This document shows, in pieces, positions 1-12,596 of a DNA stretch of 64,000 nucleotides (positions are counted from its first letter, which is position 1; every line of letters starts with the position of its first letter). Both the position numbers and the translations under genes were made by a program. The stretch comes from Calcarisporiella thermophila CBS 279.70 (taxonomy: Eukaryota > Fungi > Calcarisporiellomycota). Location: NCBI RefSeq assembly GCF_041956535.1, contig NW_027192195.1:242336-306335 (forward strand), read 5' to 3'. The notes under the pieces were generated by a model. The model made no database searches. It was not told the origin of the DNA and worked only from the letters and a program-made list of their open reading frames with translations.

Positions 1-411
1 TTTTTTAACGGTTTTTCTCTTGAGAAAAGTACCGCTTGATACAATATAAACACTCCCTCCTCTACATGTGCCGCGACACTTAGCTCCCAACCCATCCTCT
101 CCCCTCCCAATCGCGAAAAGAAAACCACACCAATCGCTTTTCATCGGTGATGGGCTCATGACAGGCCCTGATCAAGTTTTGGAAACACTCATCAACCAGC
201 CGTAAATCACATTCACTACTTCAAAATCCCTCGTTTCCCCCATGTTCAAATCAACATGCATGTTACTTCTTTTACTCATTATCTCTTGCTCCATAACTAC
301 TGCGCTCTCTAGCCCACTCGGGCGCCGGAAGGATGCAGTAAGGCTGAACGAATCTCAGAAAACGTATAGAATACCGTGGTAGCTTCTTTCTCTCTATCGA
401 GTTTACCCCTA

Positions 412-888
412 ATGTCTCTACCATTTAGTCTAGGTAACAGCCTGACTGCTTCCCAGCGTGACGAATATACCGATTTTCTTGAGACTCTAGAGCTTGAGGC
501 TCGCTTACTCTCCTCCCTCATTAATCGGCAATGTCCTTCGGCATCCGAGGAACAATGGCACTGGTCCGTATTCATTCGGTATCTCAAGAGAGAATTTCCT
601 TACTGGGCGAATGACCTCGATGCCTGGACTCGTGTCACGATGGAGCTTGACTCATTCGAAGACTGGGAAGAGTTTTTGAGGCAGCTAGCGGATCAAGTTC
701 AAAAAGCGGAGACTCTATACAATCTCGATGTCAGACACAGGCATCCAACCAACGCAGTGCACCCGGCGCCGTGTCTACCCGCTGGAAACGTAAGTGATGC
801 GACTACAAAGCAAAGGATAAGCGAAATGGAACAAGAGCTAATGGACGTGATGGATCGATGTCGAAATGGAGGGGGCGAATGTCCTTGA
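412..888 (+). CDS. Hypothetical protein with weak resemblance to retrotransposon Gag/capsid; upstream exons possible
   Basis: Open frame 376-888, first ATG at 412, followed by an AT-rich 3' region; pattern FLETLE..A / SEEQW..FIRYLK..YW / DWEEFLRQL. Confidence 0.45.
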   Translation: MSLPFSLGNSLTASQRDEYTDFLETLELEARLLSSLINRQCPSASEEQWHWSVFIRYLKREFPYWANDLDAWTRVTMELDSFEDWEEFLRQLADQVQKAETLYNLDVRHRHPTNAVHPAPCLPAGNVSDATTKQRISEMEQELMDVMDRCRNGGGECP

Positions 889-1163
889 CGAAATGGAATA
901 TCGCAATATTTATTGCTAATTTATAAGTAATATATTTGTAAATATCAAGTTTTTGCTTCCTTTTTTTTCCCTTTAATTGTACCATTATACCACTGAGTAT
1001 TATAATTGGCCGAAATAAATATTTTCTATTGATGATATCGGATATAAAGCAAAGTGACCATTGAGAGAGGATGTAGAAGGATGTAGAAAGAAAGGTTGAA
1101 CCAGTATATACAAGAGCCATTCAATAAGGTGAGGTGGAGATATATATCAGGAGAGTACGGCGG

Positions 1164-2544
1164 TTAAAAGTTCAAAATTGGGTACAAGATGAATAGAGAT
1201 GCCATGAATAGAATGTTTGGGGCGAGTCCCATTGCAGAAGATTTTACGAAGCCTGAAGGCAAATTGACGGGCAGCGGTTGATCCCTGGTTGAGTACCCCA
1301 TAGAGCTCAGCACCTGCATCAGCTTTGGTCCGATGGGGCCAGAACCTCCGCCTCGACGCACCGCCTCTTGAAGCGTCACGCCCTGGTCCTGGATGAACCG
1401 CATGAGAAAATCGGCGGTATTTGTATAGGTCCTATAGTCCACGTGGGAGATGCTGGAGCCATCGCTGAAGGGTTTAATCGAGGTTTCCAGAACGACTGCG
1501 TCCTGGGTTGTCGACTTTCCTTCGGGAAGGAATCCAAGACTGTCGGGGGTGGTTGCGATATTCATCATCTGCGTTCCAATCCGGACCAAGTCCGGGGATC
1601 CCTGTAAGATGGAGTTCAGGTCACTTGGAGAGATGAAATCAGAAGGAGCCGATGAGACGGCATTGTTGAGATCCTGCGTGTTTTGAGTGGTATGCTTAAG
1701 GTCGGGGAGGGTGACGGCATACCGATCGAAGACATACTCATAAAATTGGCTGATCCTGACCTGGCCAAGCCTGTTTTCAGAGGCGGTCAAGTCTGGAGTG
1801 AGCAAGGAGGAAGTGATGTAATCGGACCAGCTATTAGATAGATCAGAACAGGGTTAGATGGGGTCAGTCTAGCTTTAAGTCGGCAAGTAATGCCTCTAAC
1901 ACCATCGTCGTGTTTTACCTTGACGTGAATCCTAGCCCATGCATCAATTCGTGCAATACTACGAACAAAAAGTCGCTTTGGTTCTCTCCTATTGGCGTGG
2001 CGCCGTTAAACCAGAACGGAGCATCTGCATTGAATGCCGCTTGGATATCATATTGGCTGTATTGAGGGTGCGCGGAGAAATTCATTTGCTTCACGAGAGC
2101 TTGCGGATATAGCCTGGTCATGCCGTCGTTGTCTTTGAGCGGATGCATCCTTGCCGGTCTTGCACCGCCCAAGACTAGAAACCCACCATTGGTGCAGGCA
2201 CCTTGCTCACGGCAGAAAGAGTAGTAGGAGGCGTTGACCGATACGGGCTGGGAGAGAATGAGGGAGGCGGATATGATCTGGCCAGCGGTTTCAAAGGCAG
2301 CCTGAGCTTCGGCGCAGTTTTTATCGGTCCTACAAGCGAAGTTGATGGAGAATGAATTGTTGCTCGAGGGTTGGGTGGCAACATCCAAGAACAATCTCGG
2401 TTTAGTTTGAAGCGGACAAGGAACGGCATGACGCACGGGTATCAGAGGGTTGGGCTGGTCATAACAGGTATAGGAGGTAGGCGAGGGCGCAGCGAAAGCC
2501 AGTGCCGGCATCAGGATGAGTAATAGAAGGTAGAGGAGTGTCAT
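1164..2544 (-). CDS. Secreted, probably GPI-anchored zinc metalloprotease (HEXXH), 2 exons
   Basis: N-terminal signal peptide; HELMHGLGF zincin motif; downstream SISHVD as candidate third ligand; GT-AG intron 1831-1918 joins GFTS|SWSDY in frame; hydrophobic C-terminal tail. Confidence 0.8.
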
Positions 2545-3389
2545 GCTTAGTTAATGAATTGTCAGGTACTTCGGCAGACTTTCTGGGTGTCTTTGTTTTT
2601 ATATAAATATTTCTATGGAAAAAAGAAAAATTTGCTTGGCGTTTCCGTTAATATTATTGAAGGTGTTTAATTCTTTTACTAAAAACAACGGGGATGCCAA
2701 GATATATAAGGCAAAGAGATACTTTATTTAGAATATTTTACTCAAAGTTTACCCGTCCGCCTGCCCCTGAGATTTTAATTTTTGAATCCCCTATCGAAAA
2801 CAGAATAAATATGCGTTTAGTAAACACGGCCAACACAATCAATTGACGGCGGAAATCGCCCGCAAAAATAGCAAAACAATACAAAAGAGAATGTCGATGT
2901 TAAAGCGTCAGTCAAATCAGAACAGGTGGTTACCGTGACAGACTTTTTGCCCACATCACCATTAGAAATGGTGTTGGTTTAATTTTGGGTTATACTAGCA
3001 CAGAGGAGTCATCCCAATATGTATCCACTGTGACTCTGTATGCCCGTGCGCAAAGAGAAAAAAAAGTGAAGATGGGCAGGAGATGAATCGTTTTACTTAC
3101 TTTTGCAGACAGGGGGCTGGAACGGAAGAGTGCAAGTTTGAAAGAGGTATAGGCTAGGGCCGCTTTTTAAAGTAAACAAGCGACTTGGAATCCTACTCTG
3201 ATTCGTCCAGTGCCCAAAGAACCTAACCTAGCTCTTGTTAAAAACAAATTTGAGGAACGAGGCTTGTGGCACTAATTGCACTAGTGTATTCATCGAGGCC
3301 ATTTCTCTTTCCAAGCTATTTCATATAATATACCGTATGAATATTTATTCCAGGTCCATTTATCCCTAATAATACCATCCCGTATAAGC

Positions 3390-4580
3390 ATGGATAGAGC
3401 AGCACCAGAGCTACAAAAAATTAAATTTGGCCTCTTCGATGGCATCTGCGAGAGAGTCTCGCTTCCCCTTTGCCCCCTCATCGGCCCTCCAACTGCGGGC
3501 TTTACACCGCCTCAATATGATGGGGTGGAAGCCCTCTGTTATAGCAGAAACATCGAGATAGCCAGCACGCTCATTTTCCAACCTGCAACGCTCATTATCC
3601 ATTTCGTATCCCTCATCATGACATCCATTATGATATACCACATCAAGTCGAAGTACACTGCCGTCGGTAAGTGGTGCTTCTGCTCAACGATGCCCTGCGT
3701 TTCTATTTGACCCGGCCTCGGGTCACTCTTGGCGTGGTTCGTCCTGACGGTCTAACTATTTTCTAGGTCGTAAGGAGATCGTCATGTTCTTTTACCTGTA
3801 TATGCTCACCACTTTCCTCGAGATGCTCCTTGTCAGCGGCATTATACCCACTGCTTCCGTAGTATATCCCGTGAGTATATCGATTGCATCCTTCATCTTG
3901 ATATCGCGTAGCCAGTGTTCTGACGATTTATGGTTAGTATTTCGCCGCTGCCCATGTGGGGCTAATAACAGCAACTCTGTGGTGCTTGATGTTGAATGGA
4001 TTTGTCGGGTTCCAGTTTGCGGAGGATGGCACCCCATGGTCGCTTTGGTCCATCCGATTGAGCTCCTTCTTCTTCTTTGCGGTCTCCATGTTTATTGCCG
4101 TGGCCACCTTCCGCCCCATTCCTCCGTTCAATCCCACCTTCCCCACAGCGTTGTGGATAGTCTATTTCATATTTAATGGTCTCCTCTTGCTCATCTACGT
4201 TGTATCGCAAATCGTGCTGGTTCTCAACACGCTTGAGGATCGCTGGCCACTCGGCGACATTTCTTTCGGGGTTTTGTTTTTCACCATCGGCCAGGTCGTG
4301 TTGTTTGTCTTCTCGCAGATGATTTGCGACACGGCAAAGCACTATATAGGTAGGTGCTGCATCCAGCCTGTGCAGATGGCCAGGGTGCTTATCTTGTTTT
4401 CCTATGATAGATGGCCTATTCTTTGGCACTATTTGCAACCTACTCGCCGTCATGATGGTGTACAAATATTGGGATTCGATCACCAAGGAGGATCTCGAGT
4501 TCTCCGTGGGTAGCAAGCAAAATGTATGGGAGATCAAAGAGCTGCTTGGAGATGAGGAGCAGTCGCACTACCATTATTAA
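3390..4580 (+). CDS. CHS7: Chitin synthase export chaperone (Chs7 family), multi-exon
   Basis: [57 protein letters not shown] motifs across spliced ORFs; stop TAA 4578-4580. Confidence 0.93.
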
Positions 4581-5286
4581 TGCCTGAGCCTAGTCTCTTC
4601 ACTTATATATACACCTATTTCATTTTTTATATCACTGATTTGAATTCCTTGTTTCCTTTATTTTTTTTTTCCCTTCTCTCTCTCCTCCCTTCTCATTCGT
4701 ATTCACACATATATCGCTGCCCAAACACAACAACTAACTTCAGAATGAAAAAAAAATATTAGTAAATAAACTGGCATAGAGTTGCAACGAGGCTGGGGAA
4801 TAGTGGCTGAAAGGTAGAGCTTCTGTATAAGCGGAAGTGCGAAGGGCAATTAATATGCTGCATAGGTTTCCTAATAGTATTCCGGCACAAGTATACGATT
4901 TAGAGTTTAGTATGGAGATCCTAACTCAAATGAACTTTAATTTTGGTAGTTGAGCATTTTTTATTTGAGCGGAAAGGGAAAACCCTTTCACTCAACCCTT
5001 CTTTTACTCCCTTATCCTTTTATTGCTTTTTATTATCGCCTGGCCCATAGACGACAGTAGTTTTTTTTTCTAAAAAAAAATACGCTGCCCACGTTCAAAT
5101 CGATCTCCACCACCACCATCTAATTGAGATCGCTCTCCTTTCCTTCCTTTGTGTTTCTCTTATTATCCAAATCACCCATTTCTTGTTTGAGTGTCATCTT
5201 AGAAACTAATCCGATCTGCTCTTCGCCTTCTTTGCACCGCCTTACTGAAATAAGGAATCCATCTGTAATCAATCACTCAACTGAAG

Positions 5287-7246
5287 ATGGCCGACGCTCG
5301 TATCAGCCAGTTATTACCGATGATAAAGTGCTCCGACTGCGGGGAGGATGTGGAGTTCCGCAAACTGGGAGACCACATTTGTTCAAAGGCTCCTCCAATG
5401 CCTGAGCTGCCCGCCTCTCTGCGGAAGCCTTCAGCTAGAGGACAGCCCCCACCTCCCGTCTCTACAGGTACATACACATGGGATTTTGATTGAGAATTAT
5501 TTGAGTTCATCCGTATCCTTATGATTATGTCATTTTCTTCTGTGCGATCCCTCTCCCTTTATCCCAGATTCGCTCTATGAAAATTCCCATTCCTTCAATC
5601 AAGGCTCTACTCGCTCGCCGGTCGATCGCATCTCTCCACGCTATCGCGAGAGCAACGACGAGTATTCGCGCTCCACCATGGAATCCCACCGTGAGCAAAA
5701 ACCCTCCCTCCCATTCCTAGAAAAGTACACCAAACAACGCAGCCCTACCAGCACCACCTCGTCCACAGATTCCGATTTCTTCATTGGCAATGGAAAGCGC
5801 TCCCCAGCTGGTGGTCGTGCTCCCCCATCGGGGGCACGCGATTTCGACGATGACGACGATGAGGGCTACGGATACAGTAAGTCCTCCGCGCCGAAAGGCT
5901 ATCGACGAAACGATTTTGATTATGGCGGAGGGGGGCGGACGAGGGAGAACAGTATCAGGGATATGTCGGAGCCTTTTCGGAATAACTCGTATGACAATCA
6001 TAGCTTTCTATCCAAGCCTGGGCTAGAATATGAGAGTATACAGCGCAGTCGGTCACAGGACGACTATTACCCTCCCCGTGGGGAGAGCCGGGGCCCGCGA
6101 GACACGAATACAAGTGCGGGCGGGGGTGCATTCGACGCCCTGATGCAGGATTTGATGAGGGAGATGGGAGACACTTCCCTGGACGGCGCTGGAGGCGGAG
6201 GGGGAAGAGGAAGAGGGCCGGCAGGGATCAAGGGGGGAAAGTGCGCCAGGTGTGGAAACGGAATCGAGCGGGAGGAGGGGTTCCGTGAAGCTCTGGGCAA
6301 AATGTTCCATACGCGGTGCTTTCACTGTTCGGTGTGCCGAAAGCCCCTGGCAAAGGATTACTTCGAGCTGGGCGGGGACCTGTTTTGCGGGAGGGACTAT
6401 CCCGGGAAGAACGGTGCCAAAGCTCGGGAAATGTGTGCCGAGTGGTAAGTTCCTCTCTTGACTTCCCCCCCCCCCCCCGGGTGCGATCCCGAGATCAGAG
6501 ATCTCCTACTTCACTAATCATTTGTACTCGATTGTTTAGTCATTCCCCCATCCTCTCGGATGCCGTCTTTTCCAACGGAAAGCCTTACCACCGTGAGCAT
6601 GTTCGTTGCTATCACTGCCGCCTCCCGATCGAGCGCGCTGCTGGGGGGCCAGTAGAGCACCGGGGGAAGATCTATTGCCGCGAGGATTTTGCGGACCTCT
6701 TTCTGCCAAAATGTCGGGCATGCGGGTTGCCCGTGGAGGGTCAGGCGGTGTGCGCGAGCAAGCTGGAGGGTAAGTGGCACACCCACTGTTTTGGATGCAG
6801 GACTTGTCGTAAGCCGTTTCCCGACGGGAGTTTTTACGTGTGGGAGAATGCCCCCTATTGCAAGAGGCACTATCATAAGCTCAACAACTCACTGTGTAAA
6901 AAGTGCGACGATGCCATTGAAGGCCCTTGTGCCCAGACCATTGAAGGGTGGAGATTCCATCCTCCGTGCTTTACGGTAAGTGCTAACAATGGCTTCAGTT
7001 TAACTTTTCTCTCCCCTCCCTTCTGATCTTCACTTTCCCATTGCTCCACCCTCTCCGCATAATTCGGGTCCCTAACCGTATCTTCTTGTTTTGCGGTTTT
7101 TTTTTCACACTACTTTTTAGTGCGTTGTCTGCAGAGCACCCATCACAGATGTGTATTACATGGTCGACAAACGATTCTATTGCGAAGCGCATGTGGAGAG
7201 ACAACGGCGAGCTGAGAAACGCCGGACTATGTTTAAACAGATTTAA
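5287..7246 (+). CDS. Paxillin-like LIM-domain protein (Pxl1-like), multi-exon
   Basis: N-terminal CSDC..DHIC knuckle, low-complexity middle, tandem LIM domains (CARC..H..CF.C..C; CRAC..WH..CF.C..C; CKKC..FH..CF.C..C); last exon 7121-7246. Confidence 0.85.
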
Positions 7247-7631
7247 TAGTATATATGTTTGTTTGTTTTTTTTTTTCGCTTGTTTTTTTATATAGTTGTT
7301 AATTACTTTTTTGTTTCCTTTTTTTTTCCCCTTTACTTCGTTTAAACATAATTCTATTCTCTTCAAACTAGTTCTTCTTCTTTTTTGGTGGTTAGTTTTT
7401 TTTTTCCTTTCCTCCCTCATTTTCGGCAGGGTTGAGGTTTAAGGTGTGTGCGTGTGTGAGAGTGTGTGTTTGTATAAAGCTCAATTTTATTCAGTCGTGT
7501 TTGTACAAACCTATTGTCACGATCTAGTAATAAATAGGCGAGCAAGTGAGGTCAAGATTATCGAAGCCACTGAGCCTTAATTCGATTTCCCTGCTTGCCT
7601 ATTCCTACCCAATATCGTAACATCGCTCATC

Positions 7632-8843
7632 ATGATGCCTCAGAAATCTTCACGAGACGACTCGCCCACTTTACCGCGATTCTCATCCATGTAAGTTTAT
7701 TGTCCGAGAGGAGGGAAAAGAGGGGAGAAACAGGAGCAGGGGGTGTGAAAAGAGGTCTGCGGAGGAGAGGGATAAGTTTGCTCCCCGTCTTGACCAACCA
7801 TTAGCTAACCTCGTTGATTACATTTGTAAAAGCTACTCTCCTAATCCCTCACAACCACCTGGGCCTGCAGCAACACCATCTCACTACCATCAGAACTCCT
7901 TCCCCACGTTGTTAGATGCATCCACTGTATCGCTTGAATCCAACGAGAGACAGGCTCCCCCTTCGACTCTTCCCTCCATCTCCACATTTTTTCCGCCGGC
8001 AAACCAAATACCCTACTCCAATAGCCCGATGCGGCCATACTTGGGGCAAAACAGCCCCTTCAACTCGAGAGAGAGCAGCGTAGTGAACAATAATAATGAA
8101 TCACCGTCTCCCACACAAGGACCCACGGAGGTTAGAGCCCCCGGAAATGAGATGGAGAGTGTAAGTCGACTGTTCCTTTTTTTATTTTTTTTCTCTTCCT
8201 CCTCCCACACTGGCCACGCCCCCCCCCCCCTCCCATCCTCTAAGATCTCTACTCTATTTTCCTACTCGATTTCAAGTCCAATCCCGCTGACCCCCTCCCA
8301 TTTGGTTATATGTATAGGTTTTGAATAATTGCCACGAGCTCTCGCAATTCGCCACCCATTATATTCAAGGCGGCTCTCCTTCTGAAGATCAGATATGGGA
8401 TATGGCAAACAAATCCTATGATATTTTGAGATCGCTTATGGGCATGAAGGCGGCGTTAGGCACTAAACAGGCCATGGATGAGAAACGGGCGGGGGAAGCT
8501 GAGGTGGACGCTATTCGAAGCAAACGCTTTAGCTACGAGTCCTCTGCCCCATTCCTGACCAAGTTTCGGAAACGAGCGGTAGGTAGTCCATGGAGCCATT
8601 TTTTTCTTCGCGCTCTTGGGCATTCCCCCTTTTGGACATTGGGTCTTAGGATTCATCCGCGGCTATTTCATTTTTGCTTAGAAACGAACCGCTTCTCCGG
8701 GGATCTGCCACAGCTGCAACACAACCGAAACTCCGGAGTGGAGGCGCGGGCCCGATGGCGCACGAACCCTATGCAATGCTTGTGGCCTTGTGTATGCCAA
8801 GTTGACGAAGAAGCGAGCGGAACAGAACTATCCCCATAAATGA
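7632..8843 (+). CDS. GATA zinc-finger transcription factor (NsdD/Gat2-like), 4 exons
   Basis: Last exon 8682-8843 reads [32 protein letters not shown] (C-x2-C-x18-C-x2-C); donors at 7691, 8161 and ~8579; start codon inferred. Confidence 0.88.
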
Positions 8844-9466
8844 GACCCACCTGATTTGGGCGGCGGGCCTTTGTCCTCACCCTCCGTTCCCCCTTCCCCA
8901 CCCTCCCCCCCCCCCCCACTCTCCCCACTCCCAAGAACCATACTTCGCATCTTTCATGTAAAAGAATAGGGCTGTTCCACACTTCTTGGCACATAATATA
9001 CCGTGAATAGTCTTTTTTTTTGTATATATTGATATATCTATTTATATATATTGCTTTTCTCCCCAACCCGCTTCTCCTTTTTCTTTTTGCCTCCTTTGTG
9101 GGTCTGGCGTCTAGGTTGGTTATTTTGCTGCCTTTTTTTCCGATTTTTTAGACAGCGGTTGTGAGTGAATTGGCTGTTATCTTGATGCTGCCAATTCTCT
9201 ATTTGTTTCTCTTTTCCTACTATCTCTCTGCGTCCTTTCCTTGCTGTTCTTGTTTAGTGCTCTTCCCGATTCATCATAATAAAAAATGCATCAATATATA
9301 TATTAACATGACAGAGAAAGAATTAAAAACAAAAACTAAGTGGCGTTTGTATTGTACAAGTGAGTGTATATGTCTTAGTCTGGGAGAGAGTGGTGCATGT
9401 GTGGGGGATGGAGGGTGGGGAGAAAGGACGGACAAAGTGACCACGTAGGGGAGCAGGGGAGTGAGG

Positions 9467-10717
9467 TTAGGAGAGTGGGTCGGATTTGGAGGAATCGTCC
9501 TCCTCCTCGGTGAGGGATGTGCGTGAGGTGACGAAGGACTCCCGGACCATCCCCCCTCCTTGCGCACTGTCGAACTTCCTTCCGACGGCAACGTAGTATT
9601 CGATGTAGGGCAAGACTCGCTCGCCGGCACTCAGTCTGCGCTTCACGGCGGCCAAATCCAGGTTCACGCCTTGCACCTTTACGAAGGGAGCCAGCGCCCC
9701 CCAGAACTGCAACCAGCACGCCTTTTGCAGGGCACCGATGCGGCCGCCCCAGCGTCCGATCGGGACGCTGCGATGCGCGGTGTGGGTGGCTTCAAGGCTC
9801 TCCTGGAGGAGCTCCCCGAGCCTCCTCCCGACGCCGAGGTCGAGATGGCGCGACTTTAGCGCATCGATCACGGGCGGGCTGATGACATCCCTTGCTCGCC
9901 TCAGCTCCATGTCCGGCTCCACCAGCTCGACGTAGCCGCCCGGCTTGGTGACTCGCTGGAGCTCGTGCATGATGCGGGCCCACTGCTCGGTGGTGTAGGC
10001 GAGGCCCATTCCCCGCTGATAGACGAAGTCGAAGGTGTCGTCGGCGAACGGAAGCCCGTTGAGGGCATTGGCGGTGACGTATTGCACGTTGGGAGGGACG
10101 GGCGGCTCCGCCTCTCCTCCCTCGCTTTTGCCCTTGCCCTTGACATCCTGCCCACTCCCATCCGAGGCGGGCACGGCTGGGCTCACGTCCAGGCCCACGA
10201 ACTCGCACTCGGGGAAGTGCATGGCCATTTCGCGCATCCAGAATCCGGCCGCGCAGCCCATCTCCAGCACCTTGGCCCCTTCCTTGCGCAGCATGGGTTC
10301 CACGGGGGCGCTGAACAGGCCGAGCGTTTGCCGGACGATCTCGTGCTCGTGCTGGAGCCGCGTTAGCTCGAGGCTGTCGATGGGGAGCGGGTAGACCGTG
10401 TTGGGATCGTCGTAGTACATCCGGCCCTCCCACCAGACGTAGGGGCCGTCGAGGGCGTCGAGGGCGTCGTCGGCGGGATGGAATGAGTCGGCGGCGTTGG
10501 GGGGCACACTCTTCTCGGAGGGGGGTGGGGTTGCGTTGCGCGTTGTCTCGGCGGGGGGCGGAGAGGGAGCGGTGGTCTTGTTGTGCCGGGAGGAGAGGAC
10601 ACTTGCGACCATGCTTAAGCGGTTGCTCTGTTTCTTCTTTTCCTTGTCGCCCTGCTTCTCCCTGAGAGGGGTCTCGCTCGGGATACTAGGTTTCTTTTTG
10701 CCGAAGAGGAATGGCAT
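9467..10717 (-). CDS. Class I SAM-dependent methyltransferase (LaeA-like fungal family), intronless
   Basis: YPLP.D..E..RL..EH, VLEMGCAAGFW (motif I), FVGLDVS, LPFADDTFDFVYQR, RVTKPGGYVELVE. Confidence 0.9.
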   Translation of the reverse strand: MPFLFGKKKPSIPSETPLREKQGDKEKKKQSNRLSMVASVLSSRHNKTTAPSPPPAETTRNATPPPSEKSVPPNAADSFHPADDALDALDGPYVWWEGRMYYDDPNTVYPLPIDSLELTRLQHEHEIVRQTLGLFSAPVEPMLRKEGAKVLEMGCAAGFWMREMAMHFPECEFVGLDVSPAVPASDGSGQDVKGKGKSEGGEAEPPVPPNVQYVTANALNGLPFADDTFDFVYQRGMGLAYTTEQWARIMHELQRVTKPGGYVELVEPDMELRRARDVISPPVIDALKSRHLDLGVGRRLGELLQESLEATHTAHRSVPIGRWGGRIGALQKACWLQFWGALAPFVKVQGVNLDLAAVKRRLSAGERVLPYIEYYVAVGRKFDSAQGGGMVRESFVTSRTSLTEEEDDSSKSDPLS

Positions 10718-11740
10718 GGGGGGCGAGGAGAACAGGGGGAGGGGGAGAGGGGAGATGAGGACAGTGGGTCAATCAAGAGAGGCTGCTGTAAATGAGACGG
10801 GAGATGGAATGACAGGCTGGCCTGAAATATAAGGGGAAGAGGGGGGGGGGAGGAGGAATCCGGAAAATGAATCCGAAGCAAGAACAATGACTAATTTGAA
10901 CCAAAGCGTGCGAGAGAAGAGCTCTGTGGAAACGACGGCAGGATAAAAGCGCAGCCGCCCTTGACAAAGCGGAATATGCAGGCAATAAGAGTTAGCACGG
11001 AATAAAGAAAGAGACGGAATTTGAAGTGCGCAGGTAAATAAACCAAAATTCAACGCCCTCCCGGCCAACCTGTGATGTGCCTGTTTCGGGCTTCACAAGG
11101 AATTTCTCCTCTTTGAGCGCAGGCTCTTCTAGGTTTTATCGCTACTCGGGTCGATCATCGGGTGAGGCCTTGCCTCGAGGCTAGATAACCAAGAGCGCCC
11201 CGCCATTGGCTGCGGAGTTTTGCAAGCTGATTGGGTCCAAGGGGGAAATAGGGAGCGTAATTACGTAGGCTTCAAGTTAGATGAAACCTTGATTCACATC
11301 AAACACGTTTCCACAATGTATCGCTGCAGCCCTGCCCGCGTGCACCTTCCAAGGTCGCTTCTCGAAGAACCTTGTTCCCTGCCGGCTCAGAGCGCCCGCC
11401 AAATCCGGCCGCCTAGCCTTCCGCATGGACCAGATCGTTTGCCCACGCGGGCGATAAGCAAGTCTGGGTCGGTGGAGCCAACCGGTCGCCCGGGCGGCTC
11501 CAATTTACAAAGCGGCCTCAGAATTGGGCCCTGCTGATGCCATTCACCCTTCAGCCGAGCTATTGGGGCCGGGAAAAGAAGCCCCATTCTATTCAGCGCT
11601 ATCTTTTATTCAGGGAGTCGAAAAATGAGAGGCCAGGGGGGCTTGTACAAAGTATGTGCATAGGGGACCCCCCTCAAGGGATCCTTCCACGAGGTGTTAT
11701 CTACTCGCTATTAGGTCTCGGCGACAGTTCACAAAGCTAT

Positions 11741-12270
11741 CTACAGATCACAAAACTGCCCCTTCAAAATCGCATCTCCCATGGGTGATTTCGGCCCCCG
11801 CTTCCGACCATCCGCTTCCGCCCTGCCCCCATCCTTGGCATCCCCTTTAATCACAGCGGCCTCTTGTGCGTTGCTAACAATTTTGTTTGCTCTCAATGCC
11901 GCCTCTAGCACTACATCCTTGTGCTGCCCCAGGATGGGGCCCCCCATAGTTTCATCGAGCGAGCTCTGTCGAGATCAAGTCAGACCATTAAGGTTAGGCT
12001 AAGATGGAATTCTAAATTCTAAATCACCTGCAGCCTCGATGACAGGACGGGTGCTATATCCACCGTGGCCCGCCGGTGCCGGAGGGGCGGATTCCTAACC
12101 GTGGAAGAATCGCCACAAGGGGCGCCGGTAACGGGTAAGACCGAAAATGGCGTGGAGCTGAGAGGGGATGGAGGCGCCCCTTTCCCCCCCGCCACGGAGG
12201 CTGGGAGGGAACCGCGACGAACGCCATCAGATTTAGAGGATTCGTGGGTTACATCACTTTGATCCAACAT
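11741..12270 (-). CDS. Small hypothetical protein, 2 exons
   Basis: ORFs 12019-12270 and 11741-11947 are joined in frame by GT-AG intron 11966-12027 containing a CTAAC branch-like site; ends SPMGDAILKGQFCDL. Confidence 0.6.
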
Positions 12271-12596
12271 GATGACTCATGGGATAAATGGTGGATCAGG
12301 CATGGCGTGGGGGGAGGGAGTCTATATTTATGAAGGAGGGGTGGTTGTTTGCTGCATGAGCGCATCATTTATTGCTCAGGGTCTATCTGACCTAAAAGAG
12401 TTTAGCTCCGAATTCTCCAGACGTCGCCGCCTAGATTTGTAGATTGGTGTTTTAATGGGATTAGGGAGAGGGAGAAACAAGAGTGGGGAGAACAGCGGGA
12501 ACAAAAGGAAGAGTATATTTTAATAAAGGAACATGAAATTCATCATTGTTCTCGTGAATTTTCTCTAGACAGCGTGGGATGAAGCGGCCGTCCCCA

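Noticed and set aside
9560-10832. Many overlapping and antisense ORFs over the methyltransferase (also over NVJ2, RSE1, azgA, SPP)
   Set aside because: Expected shadow ORFs of GC-rich coding DNA with no motif support
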